From NCBI GenBank assembly GCA_963768425.1, contig CAVYHV010000014.1, forward strand, positions 192,001 to 256,000: a stretch of DNA of 64,000 bases, in the 5' to 3' direction. Source of the stretch: Candidatus Bathyarchaeota archaeon. Its GTDB lineage: Archaea; Thermoproteota; Bathyarchaeia; Bathyarchaeales; Bathycorpusculaceae. Made by a program: the position numbers and the translations under genes. Of the stretch, positions 1 through 10,745 are shown piece after piece. Below the pieces are notes generated by a model that had not been told where the DNA came from, made no database searches, and saw only the letters and a list, made by a program, of their open reading frames with translations. Within the stretch, counting starts at the first letter, position 1. The number at the start of each line of letters is the position of its first letter.

Positions 1-62
1 TGGCGAAAAGAATCCCTAAGAGCCCAGAAAAACCAAAAAAGAACGTACAATACAAAAGAAAG

Positions 63-1022
63 CTAAGAATAAGTTCTTTGATCTGGCAACTCGAGATTTA
101 GCTGCATTTTCAGCAGCTTGTATCTATTTCTAACGGTAACTTCGGTGACTCCAGCAGCCTCCGCAACCTCTTTTTGCGTTATCTTTTCATTATTTTGAAG
201 ACAAGCTATGTAGAGTGCCGCTGCAGCCAGGCCCATGGGATCTTTGCCTGCCGAAAATCGTTTTCGTCTAGCATCTGCAAGTATTGTTATGGCAGCGCCC
301 TGTGTTTTGCCTGAAATTCCGTTTTTCTCGGCAATTTTTGAGACGTATGTCAGTGGATCAGCAATTGGCATGTGAAAGTCGAGTTCTTGCAACAACAGTC
401 TATAGCAGCGTGCGACATCTTTCTCATCAACAAGGCTTGCTTCAGCTATTTCGTGCAGGCTTCTGGATGCTCCGCTCTTACGGCAAGCTACATAAATTGA
501 AGCCGCCATGATAGAGTTAATTGACCTCCCTCTCACTAGGCCTTTGTCTAGTGCTTTGCGGTAGATAATAGCCGATTTTTCTTTAGTCGATCGTGGAATG
601 GAAACTTTACTTGATAAACGTTCCAGTTCAGACATTGCCTGTGCAAGGTTTCGATCGATAGATGAATGCACTCGGCTGCGTATTTGCCATTTCCTAAGAC
701 GCCACATCTGCAATCTAGTGGAAAGAGGCAGTTTCCTTCCGAATGCATCTCTGTCAACTTGGCTGATCGCAGTGGATAATCCTTTATCATGAACTGAATA
801 TGATGTTGGCATACCGACGCGGCTTCTTGACGCTTTTTCTTCTTGTGTAAAAGCGCGCCATTCGGGGCCTTTATCTAACATCTGATCGTACAAAACAAGA
901 CCACAATCGCCACAAATGGTTTCGCCTGTGCCGCAGTCATGGATAAGATTATTGCTTGCGCATTCAGGACACTTATCAGCTAAGTGACTATGAACTTTTG
1001 GGACTTCTATAGTTACACTCAT
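63..1022 (-). CDS. tfb: Transcription initiation factor IIB (TFB)
   Basis: N-terminal Zn ribbon CPEC..CGDC, GPEWRAF B-reader motif, two cyclin repeats, C-terminal VTEVTVRNRY HTH. Confidence 0.97.
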   Translation of the reverse strand: MSVTIEVPKVHSHLADKCPECASNNLIHDCGTGETICGDCGLVLYDQMLDKGPEWRAFTQEEKASRSRVGMPTSYSVHDKGLSTAISQVDRDAFGRKLPLSTRLQMWRLRKWQIRSRVHSSIDRNLAQAMSELERLSSKVSIPRSTKEKSAIIYRKALDKGLVRGRSINSIMAASIYVACRKSGASRSLHEIAEASLVDEKDVARCYRLLLQELDFHMPIADPLTYVSKIAEKNGISGKTQGAAITILADARRKRFSAGKDPMGLAAAALYIACLQNNEKITQKEVAEAAGVTEVTVRNRYKLLKMQLNLELPDQRTYS

Positions 1023-1390
1023 GATTTAATCCCTGTTTATTTGCCCAGAATCGTCACTGAATCACTTAATGCCCTTCAAAGCTTAGAAAAGTGATAATGC
1101 GATCCTCGCATTCTAACTACGTGTAGATACATCTATTATAAAGGACTTTGCTATCAAATAACAAGATTTGGCATGCCACTACTAGCATCCGGCCTACAGC
1201 GCGGCTGAGAAAACGAGACATGCTACTGAACTGTGTATTCTTTTGATTAGCTTGCGAAATTCAAAAAACATTGAAAAACCAACCGGACGTCTGCAGACAA
1301 AAAGCCGCTTTAGAGTATTTACCCGGTAGTTTTCTAACATAATTCTTAATTACTGCGTCTTCATTGGGTTTGGCTTGAGGAATTTAAAAA

Positions 1391-2458
1391 ATGGTTAAGA
1401 TGGATTTCGGTGGCGTCAAGGAAGATGTCATCACCCGTAAAGAGTTTACAGTGGCGCAAGCCCAAAAAATCCTTAAAGACGAAGTTGTCGTCTCACTTGG
1501 CTATGGCATTCAAGGTCAAGCCCAATCACTGAACATGAGAGACAATGGTGTAAAAGTAATAATTGGACAAGAAAAAGAAGGCGTATTCAAAAAAGAATGG
1601 GACAAGGCAATTGCAGACGGCTGGAAACCAGGCGAAAACCTCTTCCCTATGGAAGAAGCAGCCAAAAAAGGCACTATCAAAATGTACCTACTTACGGACT
1701 CAGCGCAAAAAGCAGTATGGCCAAAAATCAAAGCAACCCTCAAAAAGGGAGACGCGTTATACTTCAGCCACGGCTTTAGCATCGTCTACAAGGAACAAAC
1801 CGGCGTTATCCCGCCCAAAGACATAGACGTTATACTTGTTGCACCAAAAGGCTCAGGTACATCAGTGCGCAGAAACTTCGTCGACGGCAGCGGCATAAAC
1901 TGCAGCTTCGCTGTCCACCAAGACGCAACTGGCAAAGCGATGGATCGAGCCAAAGCAATGGGCATCGCCATCGGCGCAGGGTATCTGTTTCCAACCACAT
2001 TTGAAAAAGAAGTTTACAGCGACCTTACAGGCGAACGCGGCACACTAATGGGCGCACTCGCAGGAATACTCGAAGCACAGTATAATACCCTTCGTGCGCA
2101 TGGTCATAGCCCAAGTGAAGCATTTAACGAAAGCGTCGAAGAACTTACCCAGAGTCTTATCCGCTTAGTTGATGAGAACGGCATGGACTGGATGTACTGC
2201 AACTGCAGCGAAACCGCTCGCATCGGCGCCCTACGCTGGAGACCACGCTTCCGAGAAGCAACCCAACCGGTATTCGACTCACTTTACGAGCTTGTCGCTG
2301 CAGGTGAAGAAACACGCATCGTGCTGGAAAAGAGCAAGGCGCCAGACTACCGCCAAAAACTCGCCGATGAACTCAAGGAAATGGGCAACAGCGAAATGTG
2401 GCGCGCAGGCGCAACCGTCCGTTCGCTACGACCGAGAAAACAGAAGAAGCAAGAATAA
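1391..2458 (+). CDS. ilvC: Ketol-acid reductoisomerase (Ilv5/Bacteroidetes-like class I)
   Basis: GYGIQG Rossmann motif, FSHGF, VAPKGSG, EVYSDLTGER, EAFNE motifs. Confidence 0.95.
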   Translation: MVKMDFGGVKEDVITRKEFTVAQAQKILKDEVVVSLGYGIQGQAQSLNMRDNGVKVIIGQEKEGVFKKEWDKAIADGWKPGENLFPMEEAAKKGTIKMYLLTDSAQKAVWPKIKATLKKGDALYFSHGFSIVYKEQTGVIPPKDIDVILVAPKGSGTSVRRNFVDGSGINCSFAVHQDATGKAMDRAKAMGIAIGAGYLFPTTFEKEVYSDLTGERGTLMGALAGILEAQYNTLRAHGHSPSEAFNESVEELTQSLIRLVDENGMDWMYCNCSETARIGALRWRPRFREATQPVFDSLYELVAAGEETRIVLEKSKAPDYRQKLADELKEMGNSEMWRAGATVRSLRPRKQKKQE

Positions 2459-2596
2459 GCTTCTCTCTATTTCTTTAATTTTCGTTTTGTAATTTTCGAT
2501 AAGTTTAGACTATAATATAGATTATAAAAAATATGAAAAAAAGATTCAGCCCTAAAATTTTAGAGCCAAAAACGCTCTATTATGTACTCTGTGGTT

Positions 2597-2725
2597 TTAG
2601 AGCCATGATTTAGAAAGGATTTTTTTGCAGGTGCTGCAAATTGTGTAAATCTCTTGCTCGTTTTTTATGAGCAGTTCGGTCTCTGCCGTGGATTTGCAAT
2701 TTGGGCAAACGTCATTATGTAACAT
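2597..2725 (-). CDS. Small zinc-ribbon protein, 42 aa (not in ORF track)
   Basis: Manual translation MLHNDVCPNCKSTAETELLIKNEQEIYTICSTCKKILSKSWL*; two CxxC pairs; GGAGA just upstream of the ATG. Confidence 0.7.
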   Translation of the reverse strand: MLHNDVCPNCKSTAETELLIKNEQEIYTICSTCKKILSKSWL

Positions 2726-2981
2726 ATATTCATCTCCGATTTACTTTAGGCAGGTGTGACATGAACCAAAAATTTGAGTTTCAGCGTGGCTTATTGCGTT
2801 AACAGTAAGGACACAAAACCAGTTTTTGGGTATCTTGTTTACGCTGTCGATTATCAGATAAGTCGCTTGGCTAAAATATATCTATTTCCCAACAGTTTTC
2901 CATGCTTTTTCAAAAGAAGAACGTAAAATCAAGTGGCTGTATTTTCAAAATCTTCTTATCGTTTCACTTTTTTTGGATGAA

Positions 2982-3556
2982 CTAATTTTTTATACCTGAA
3001 GACAACGCTTCCTAAACAACCGGGCAAAAATGATTTCAATTACTGGCGAACAATGGGTATGAGTTACAGAAAAGAAGATTCGGTTATCGTAAAGAAAAAT
3101 GTCGTTAAAATGAGAGTTTATAATAACACAGACCAATGTACGCAAGCGCGGTGGTTGATCAGGAGACCGAAACAGGACACGCTGAATGGAATTACTGCAT
3201 AAAAAAAACTTCTATGTATTTAACATCATCGAAGGAAAAGGAACTTGGTTTATCAAAGTCAAACCATATGATGTTCAAGCAGGAAATCGCTTTGGTCTAT
3301 TCCCCCAATTCCAGATTTTACGTAGCAAACGGAATCTAAAGTATTCAAGTATGCATAACTTCGCCCGCTTGAGGAACCAGACCATGAGTCATCACATCGT
3401 AATCGTAGCTCTTCGGTACAGACAAGAAAAAGACACAACCAACCCAAACGTTAAAACAGAACTCAAGAATCAAGCTTGCGTTTCTTTTCTTTCATTTGCT
3501 TAGGAAGCTAATTTTTTTATACCTGAAGACAACGGTTCCTAAAACACCACGGGACA
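2982..3556 (+). repeat. Imperfect ~45-50 bp direct repeat (2982-3026 and 3508-3556) containing a TATA-like box
   Basis: CTAATTTTTT(T)ATACCTGAAGACAACG(C/G)TTCCTAAA..CGGG(A)CA occurs twice; the second copy lies directly before the arsB-like start. Confidence 0.85.
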
Positions 3557-3561
3557 CAGTC

Positions 3562-4905
3562 TTGGATTACCTCACAGTCGCAGCAGTAGCCGTCTTCGCA
3601 GCCACGCTTTTCCTAATGATTAAGCGTCCCTTAGGTTTGCGGCTGGGCTACGCGGCTGGAGTCGGCGCCATTGCCTCGCTGATTTTGGGCACGGTTAGTT
3701 TGGGTCAGGCTGCACAGTCCTTCCTCAACATTTGGGATGCGGCGCTGGCGTTCCTCGGCATAGTGGCTTTGTCGGTGACGTTAGATGCGATGGGTTTCTT
3801 TAGGTGGGCTGCCCTGCGGGTGGTAAAGATGACTGGCGGCAGTGGTCTTCGACTTTTCATTTATATTTCCCTTCTCACAGCGGCAGTAAGCATTCTTTTT
3901 GCGAATGACAGCGCAGTTTTGATTTTGACCCCGATCGTTTTGGAAGTTGTAACTTGCCTTGGCATCGATACGAAAGGCAAGCTCGCGTACCTTTTCACCG
4001 CGGGTTTAATGGCGGATACTGCCGCTATGCCTCTTATCACAAGCAACCCAATCAACATTTTGAGCGCTGACTTTTTCAAGTACAGCTTCGTCGACCACTT
4101 AATCTTCATGGGACCTGTAGCTGCCGCGACAATTCTTATCAGTTTACTCCTGTTTTACTTGTTTTTCCGAAAACAGATTCCGAAAGCTTATGACATGTTA
4201 GCTGCTGACACATTAGCCAATGGAAAACCAGTCATTTCAACTCGTCTTTTGAGGATAAGTTTGGTGACGCTGGTTGCAATCGACGTCGGCTACGTGTTGA
4301 CCTCTTTGAATCGGTTCCCAGTTTCAATAGTCATTTGCGGCGGAGCGGCTTTTCTAATCGGGTTTACTGGTTTACGTTGAAGTGGAAGGGTTCGGTGAAC
4401 GGCGAGAAGAAAGGGCTCATGGGGTTGGCAAGGGACATCAACTGGGACATCGTGCTATTCATGTTCAGCATTTTTCTAGTAGTGCAAGGGTCTGGAAACT
4501 GCCGGGATCACAAATCTGCTCGCCTCGGCACTCGTCGCAACAAGCAAGTTGCCCTCCGCGCTGGGAATCTTTGGTCCAAGTATGGTTGTAACCATTGGAG
4601 CCAGCTTCATGAACAATTGGCCCATGACAATCCTCGGGATGCTGAGCATCCAGCACATTGGAGCAACGGGATCCGCTCTGACAGGCTTGATTTTTAGCAA
4701 TATTATCGGAAACAACTTGGGACCCCACTTCTTCCCTCTCGGATCGTTGGCGATAGTGATTTGGCTGGAAACGATGAAGCGGAAAGGCGTCACCATTAGC
4801 CTCAAAGAATACCTCAAAGTGGGCGCCATATTATCGATCGCGCAGGTCGCAGTTGCCTCAGCGGTTCTATGGGCTGAATTAAGCTTGGGATTCCATTTCC
4901 TGTAG
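3562..4905 (+). CDS. ArsB/NhaD (IT superfamily) ion transporter, split by two frameshifts (~4360, ~4490)
   Basis: FANDSAVLILTPIV, ADTAAMPLITSNPIN, MNNWP and NNLGP..PLGSLA motifs across ORFs 3496-4380, 4335-4697 and 4549-4905; probable TTG start at 3562. Confidence 0.85.
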
Positions 4906-4926
4906 TTTGAGATAGAAATAGCACGA

Positions 4927-5961
4927 CTAAGAGGCATTTAGCTTGCTGATTATTTCTCGATAAGCCTTTAGCGCTTCTTCTTCGTTGGACACATTTTTTA
5001 TGAGCATGCGTCCGCCGTTAAACAGGCTGACTTCGTACTCTTTGTAGTCAAACATGAGGGCTAAACGGGACTTCAAACTAACCTTAAATTGCTTGTTGAC
5101 GGCTGGGTAAACCTCTTCAAGGTTGAGCTACAGTGGTTTTTCAGGGTTGATGTTCGCGGTGTTTCTTCCGCAAAGCCAAACAAGCCGTTCGCCGCCAGCA
5201 ACCGTAGACAAGTCGCCATGGCAAACTGGACAGCGAGTGCTTTTTGAAATCTCGATCGAGATAAAATCCATGTCGCTAAAATCACAGACCAAAAGTTTAC
5301 CCTTCAAGCTTGAACCAATTCCAGCCAACAATTTGATGGTTTCCATGGCTTGCAGGGCGCCGATTGTTCCCGGCGTTGCTCCGATAACTCCACGGGTAGC
5401 GCACGTAAGCAAGTCGTTGTCGGAGAGGTTCGGCATTAAACACTCCAAGCAACCCGTTTCAGGAGGCGCAAAAACTGAAAGATTTCCCTCAATCCCGATT
5501 GCTGCGCCAAAAACATACGGAATCTTTAGTTTTACACATGCGCGGTTAACCAGGTAGCGGGTCACCATGTTATCTAAGCCGTCAACCACGCAATCTACGC
5601 CCCGCAAAAGCCGTTCCACGTTGCTTGCGTTTACGTTTTCAGTGAAAGCTTCAGCCTTGATGAGGGGGTTGATTTCCTGGAGGCGTTTCGCAGCGATTTC
5701 GGCCTTCGGGTAATGCAGGTCAGCCGGTGTGTATAGGATTTGGCGGTGAAGATTCTGCATTTCAATCGTGTCTTGGTCGATTAAACGGATGTAGCCGACT
5801 CCAGCCAACGCAAGATACAGTGAGGAAACTGTGCCTAACCCGCCTACGCCGACCACTGCAACCTTTGATTTGCAAAGGCGCTGCTGCCCTTTTTCGCCCA
5901 GTTCTTTCATAGTGACTTGACGACTGTAGAATTCTGTAGCGAAGGCTTCTTTGTCTGCCAT
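4927..5961 (-). CDS. ThiF/MoeB/HesA-family adenylyltransferase (E1-like), with an in-frame TAG at 5128-5130
   Basis: YSRQ, GVGGLG, NLHRQ, CLEC and CPVC Zn motifs; the same frame continues after TAG as LNLEEVYPAV...FNGGRMLIKNV...SKLNAS*. Confidence 0.88.
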
Positions 5962-6239
5962 ATTATTGACTGTTCCCAGATTGAATTTTGTTTCTGGTGG
6001 TATATTTGCCTTTAATCAGCAAAGCCCAGTAAACTACTTTTCAATTGTCGTATTTGAATGTGACTCGCTGTTAGTTGGGTTGCGCCGGAAATTGAGTGCG
6101 AAAACGGGTGTTATTTGGAAAAAAGTTTAAGTGGAAAGTTGTCATAAAAAAATATTGTTACTATTAACAGTAGTAGCTAACGAGACAAGAGAAAAGAGCA
6201 AAAAAAACCAACCAAACACAAATCACAGTCACCCGCAAA

Positions 6240-6341
6240 GCCGCCGCCAGCAAAAAGCCATACCCAATCCCCAACTCAACTCTTTTCTCCTTTCAAGAGT
6301 TGAAACTCCTTGCCCAATGGGAGTTCCACTCTGGCGGCGGC
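6240..6341 (-). ncRNA. Candidate structured RNA / multibranch hairpin downstream of the ligase gene
   Basis: Perfect 11-bp closing stem GCCGCCGCCAG/CTGGCGGCGGC enclosing two internal hairpins. Confidence 0.35.
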
Positions 6342-6393
6342 AGCATTAACAGTGGAAAGGAACTCTTTAGCAAAGAGATGAAGTTTTGGCGGA

Positions 6394-8083
6394 TTACGCG
6401 TATTTGCCTTTTTGCAGAAACTGCTTTTCGTAAATTTCCTTGACCCTGATTGATGGTGTCGGCTTCTTGCGGCGTTTTGTCGTCTCGGATTCGGCTTATG
6501 CGGGCGAAGCGCAGTGCCATTTGGCTTCTGTATTTGGGCTGAATTGGACTTCGTTGTAAGCCACTTCGACGACGATTTTCGGAATAACGATTACCCGATG
6601 ACCCTCCTCGGCGATTACAGACTCTTTTAGTTGCCGCGTCATCTCGATTATTTCAGCGTCTGTTAAACCCTTGAAAGTTTTCCCCAACTTCCAAGAACCC
6701 GCCGGTCTCTGGGTCTCTTGCCGCAAGGTAGTAGTCAGAAAGCCAGCCTTTCCTTCGCCCGTAGCCGTATTCGGCTGCTGTTATCACGAGGTCTAAAGGT
6801 TCAAGCACGGTTTTGATTTTCAGCCACTTTTTTCCACGGCTTCCCGGTGTGTAGGGACTGTCAAGCTTCTTCGCCATCAAACCCTCATGACCTGCTGCTA
6901 TGGCTTCTTTAAGGAAACCCTCGGCTTCCCCAGCTTTTTCAGTGACGATTTGCTTGCTTAACGGGATTTGACCTGTGTTTTCTGCGAGGATTTGCCTGCG
7001 CGCCGTGTAGGGTAACGCGATCAGGCTGGAGCCGTTCAAGTAGAGTATGTCGAAGAGGTAGAGGGTTAAAGGAATTTTCTTTGCCATGTCCGGATACGTC
7101 GCGGACTCGTTTGAAGCGACGCATCAAATGTTGAAAAGCAATAGGGTAGCCAGCGCTGTTGAGCGCGACAACTTCGCCTTCAACTATGGCTGATTGCGCC
7201 TTAATGTTAAGATTCACAGTTTCAACGATTTCTGGAAGGCTTTCCGTAACGTTGGTTAATCTTCGACTGAAAATTTTAACCCTGCCGTTTTGCTTGTGAA
7301 TTTGAACCCTTGCCCCGTCATACTTGTATTCAAAAGCCGTTTTGCAACCCTGCGTATCCAACGCTTCTTTCACGGTTTCGGCGGTTTGGGCAAGCATAAG
7401 TTTAACAGGTCTGAAAACATTGAAGGCTGCTTTTTCTAAACCCTCGACTCCTTGGCTTTTCAGGGTCGCAGCTACTTCGCCTATGTCGCCTAAAACCATG
7501 CTTGCACGTTGCACACGCGCTACGGAACCTGGAAGGCTTTTGCAACGGCTTGCTCCATTAAGCCCTCTTGAAGCCCTGTGCGCATCTCGCCTGTGAAAAT
7601 TTTGACCAGGTACTTGACTTCAACCGGAGTAGCTTGGCTAAGCAAAGCGGTGATTAGGTGTTCTTTTCGGTTTCTTGCGCCTGTCCCGGAGGTTTGAGCG
7701 ATTGCTTCCAGTGCCCGCTTAACTTCGGCTATGGTCAGCGAGGTTTCGGTTAGCTGGGTTTGCTTTTTGGTTTTTGTTTTTTCGAGAACAGTTTTTGTTG
7801 CTGAGCCTATGTCGCCTGTGCTTGCCATCGCTTGGCGAAAAAGGTTCCAGTCGAATTCACTGACGCATTCGAGAACTCGAGTCAGAGTTGACCAGTTGAC
7901 GTCAAGCGTTTTTTGGCTGTATTTGGGGAAAGCTCTTCCAACCATCATGTTCGTGGCGGGTTCAATCTCTTCCTCGTCAAGCGTTCGTAGGAAGTTTGCG
8001 GTTAAATCTATGATTTCAAGCCGTTTTCTTGTGGCTTCAACTTTTTCAAGCAGTTCGGACAGGGATTTGAAAGATGCAGGCAT
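6394..8083 (-). CDS. lig: ATP-dependent DNA ligase, split by several indels
   Basis: EYKYDG (motif I), EGEVV, FDILY, EGLMAK, KWLKIK and ALRFARI..IRDDK motifs in consecutive frames; reconstructed end ...KQFLQKGKYA* at 6394. Confidence 0.93.
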
Positions 8084-8236
8084 AACTTGAACCTAAAATG
8101 CTGTATCAAAAGGAGTCTTTTCGCTGCTTATTTAATTGTTCATTAGGTCCATTGAGAGCGACCCCTAGTTTGACGAAGTCTGCTTCTTTTCGATAAACCA
8201 CAAAACTAATAACAGAACACTGATGCCTACAGCTGA

Positions 8237-8839
8237 ATGGGAAAAGCAACGAAAACCGCGCGTTTAAGAGAAAAAACGCTTGCTGAAATAAAACATTCTA
8301 AGCAAACAACATTTGACAACTTGCCCACCATAAAAGAGAACCCAGCCAAACACCAAAACAATAAGCACATAATAATTTCAGAGATTGACAATGAAACCAA
8401 AGAAGATGATTTGGACCTTAAAGTTGCTTTTCGATTGGTTCCCTCTAGAGCATCCTTTTCAAAAGTGTTTGTGGAGCTGTTTTTTGATGGGCAAAAACTG
8501 CATTGCTGCCCTGTTCGTATCCCGCAGGGTGCGCTTTCAGCGGATGAGCTTGAATGGTCCGCGGCTTTAGACATGAGGGGGATAGATGCCGGGCAGCATA
8601 TCATTCGGGCTGAAATGTTTGAGCTTTGGGATTCTGAAGAAAAACTCACCCTCGTCTCCAAAGAAGTAACCATAAATTACGTTCCCGTCCGCAAACAAGA
8701 TAGATACATAAAAATTCCAATCGTGAAAAAACTTGCAGGTGAAGACTTAAAAGTTGTTTCGGAGCCTACAAGAGACGTTTACCGGGAAATTGAAAAAGAA
8801 CAAAAAGAAGAATTATTGAACAAACGAGACGAATGGTAA
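8237..8839 (+). CDS. Hypothetical protein (beta-rich core)
   Basis: 200-aa ORF with ATG and plausible composition; no recognised motif. Confidence 0.7.
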   Translation: MGKATKTARLREKTLAEIKHSKQTTFDNLPTIKENPAKHQNNKHIIISEIDNETKEDDLDLKVAFRLVPSRASFSKVFVELFFDGQKLHCCPVRIPQGALSADELEWSAALDMRGIDAGQHIIRAEMFELWDSEEKLTLVSKEVTINYVPVRKQDRYIKIPIVKKLAGEDLKVVSEPTRDVYREIEKEQKEELLNKRDEW

Positions 8840-8870
8840 ATGTGTTTCAAAGACCTGACCAATTTGCGGC

Positions 8871-9173
8871 ATGGCAAAATATAATATCTTCTTCGTTCGA
8901 AAGGTGTTAGTTCTCGAGGAGAGAGGAAAGATTAAGCCGCTGAACCAAGTAACCAAAGATCGCTTAGTTGTCATCGGATTGCTAGCTTTGGAAGTGGGAT
9001 TTGTTTATAATGTGGTGATTAATTTTTACCATTACTTAGTTAAAGGAATGCTCTACAATTTGGTGCTTGGAGTTCTCGCGACTCTCGGAACCGTAGTTTT
9101 ATTTGTGTACTTAATCGTAATTTTGGTAAGCTATCTGGATAAAAGAAAAGTCTTAAAAAGCTTTCAAAAATAA
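8871..9173 (+). CDS. Small two-TM membrane protein (true start may be downstream)
   Basis: Two hydrophobic segments and a basic tail. Confidence 0.55.
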   Translation: MAKYNIFFVRKVLVLEERGKIKPLNQVTKDRLVVIGLLALEVGFVYNVVINFYHYLVKGMLYNLVLGVLATLGTVVLFVYLIVILVSYLDKRKVLKSFQK

Positions 9174-9217
9174 AACCAAAAAAAGAAAAAATGCTTTGGG
9201 GGGGTGGCTATGTGCTA

Positions 9218-9619
9218 TTAGGAGAATATGGAGAAGGATGATTCGCCTTCGGGCTCTTTTTGTTTGTCGTTGAATTCCTTGATTCTTTTGTTAAGCTCTT
9301 CCACTTCTTTGGTGTTGCCTAAAGCTTTTTGGCTGTCCCGTGCTTGTTCAAGCGCGCTGACTCCGTATCGGTCAAATCCCTTGCCGAAAGCTACATCCGC
9401 AGATTTCATGAAGAGCTCCGCAGCTTTCTGATAATCTTTTAGTTGGAAGCTACATTCACCAGCTTTATAGTTCATTTCGGCTGAGCCAAAGTAGTTTTGT
9501 CCTTTGTAGTACAGGTCCGCCACTTTCATGAAAAGGTCGCGGGCTTCGGCGTAGTTGCCGTTTTCCATCAACGCGTTTGCGTCTTTGTGAAGTTTAATTG
9601 GATCGTCTCTTACGCTCAT
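9218..9619 (-). CDS. TPR/SNAP-like helical repeat protein
   Basis: Repeated A..L...G.Y.EA..LF.K.A pattern. Confidence 0.75.
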   Translation of the reverse strand: MSVRDDPIKLHKDANALMENGNYAEARDLFMKVADLYYKGQNYFGSAEMNYKAGECSFQLKDYQKAAELFMKSADVAFGKGFDRYGVSALEQARDSQKALGNTKEVEELNKRIKEFNDKQKEPEGESSFSIFS

Positions 9620-9873
9620 GACTTATCACAGGCAATATTCTACGGGAACTTCCATTTAGATTTTCCTCCTTGGGCATGACTGCTCATAAAAAGCAAACGA
9701 AAAATTTTAGGCGGCAACACCCTAATTGAACGCTGTTCATAAAATACGAGATCCTCTCTTTAAAATACGCTTTTCATTTTAGGGACAAGCCAGTATAAAT
9801 TGATCGAAAATTTCAATCACAAAAATGCACCACTCAGAGAAACGGTTTTTATCCTTCCTCAGGCATTAGAAGC

Positions 9874-10695
9874 ATGGAAACTAATTGTGCGGGTGACATA
9901 ATGCATTCTCTCAAAATTGTTGTTGCGACTTTTTTGATATTAACGATTCTTTTTGGGGTTGGAACCAGTTTTGCGCTCACTTACGGGCCCACTAATGGTT
10001 ATGTACAATACAATATTACTGCAAGCGGCAAAGCTGACTATTTCCAGTCTGTTAGCGGCATCATAAACGAGTCTGTTCAACCAACTGGTCAAGCGGGATT
10101 TGTAAACCTTATACTAGACTTATCTTCGACGAAAGCAAATTTTACTTACTCCAAAGATGTTAACGCTACTTCTCTGCTAGAAATCTTCCCATACGTCCCT
10201 GCAATAACAAACCAGTCATTATCTTATCAAACTCAAGGAATCTCCATCAGCGCAAACCTAATTAACGCAGGCCAGACGACAGTCAGCTTTAACGGCACAA
10301 CTTACCAAGCAACCAAATATTTAATCTCCTTCTCTGCGGCAAACTCCTCCAATGCCTTGTCGTTTTCGGGAAATGGCAGTATAATCAGTTTGCCATCGGG
10401 TTTAATTGACACAGTTCAACTCTCGCTGAACCAAACTGCTTCAATCAATGCGACCCTTTTATCAACAAATCTTTCACTCAACGCGCCATCAGGCAACATC
10501 AACCCTGTAGGAGCCTCAGTGCTCGGCTTAGCCTTAGCAGCGGCAGTTGCAATTGCAGCCCCAACAATATACACAAGAGAGAAGAAGAAAAAATACGAAG
10601 AGCAACCTCAGGAAGATGAAAATAACACTAGCCAAGAAAGCGATGTAAAACAAGAGAACGAGGACGAGAACAAGCCTTCTTACTGGGTTGACTAA
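9874..10695 (+). CDS. Secreted, C-terminally membrane-anchored glycoprotein
   Basis: Signal peptide, S/T/N-rich body with many NxS/T sequons, C-terminal TM, acidic tail ending KPSYWVD. Confidence 0.75.
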   Translation: METNCAGDIMHSLKIVVATFLILTILFGVGTSFALTYGPTNGYVQYNITASGKADYFQSVSGIINESVQPTGQAGFVNLILDLSSTKANFTYSKDVNATSLLEIFPYVPAITNQSLSYQTQGISISANLINAGQTTVSFNGTTYQATKYLISFSAANSSNALSFSGNGSIISLPSGLIDTVQLSLNQTASINATLLSTNLSLNAPSGNINPVGASVLGLALAAAVAIAAPTIYTREKKKKYEEQPQEDENNTSQESDVKQENEDENKPSYWVD

Positions 10696-10745
10696 CATTG
10701 AGTAATGCAAAAATCGGTTGCTTAGCAGCAAACATAAAAGCTTAG

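Noticed and set aside
1170-1230. TPP riboswitch upstream of ilvC (CTGAGA, short stems)
   Set aside because: Remaining TPP core (CCTGA..GG.TAAT.CC..CG.AGG) is absent
3030-3503. ORFs 3136-3339 and 3186-3503 as genes
   Set aside because: No recognisable motif, overlapping frames, AT-rich; possibly a decayed gene but not supportable
6394-8083. DNA ligase (and uL6, uL18, uL30) as pseudogenes or programmed frameshifts
   Set aside because: Essential genes with all motifs intact and no shared slippery site; assembly indels are the simpler explanation
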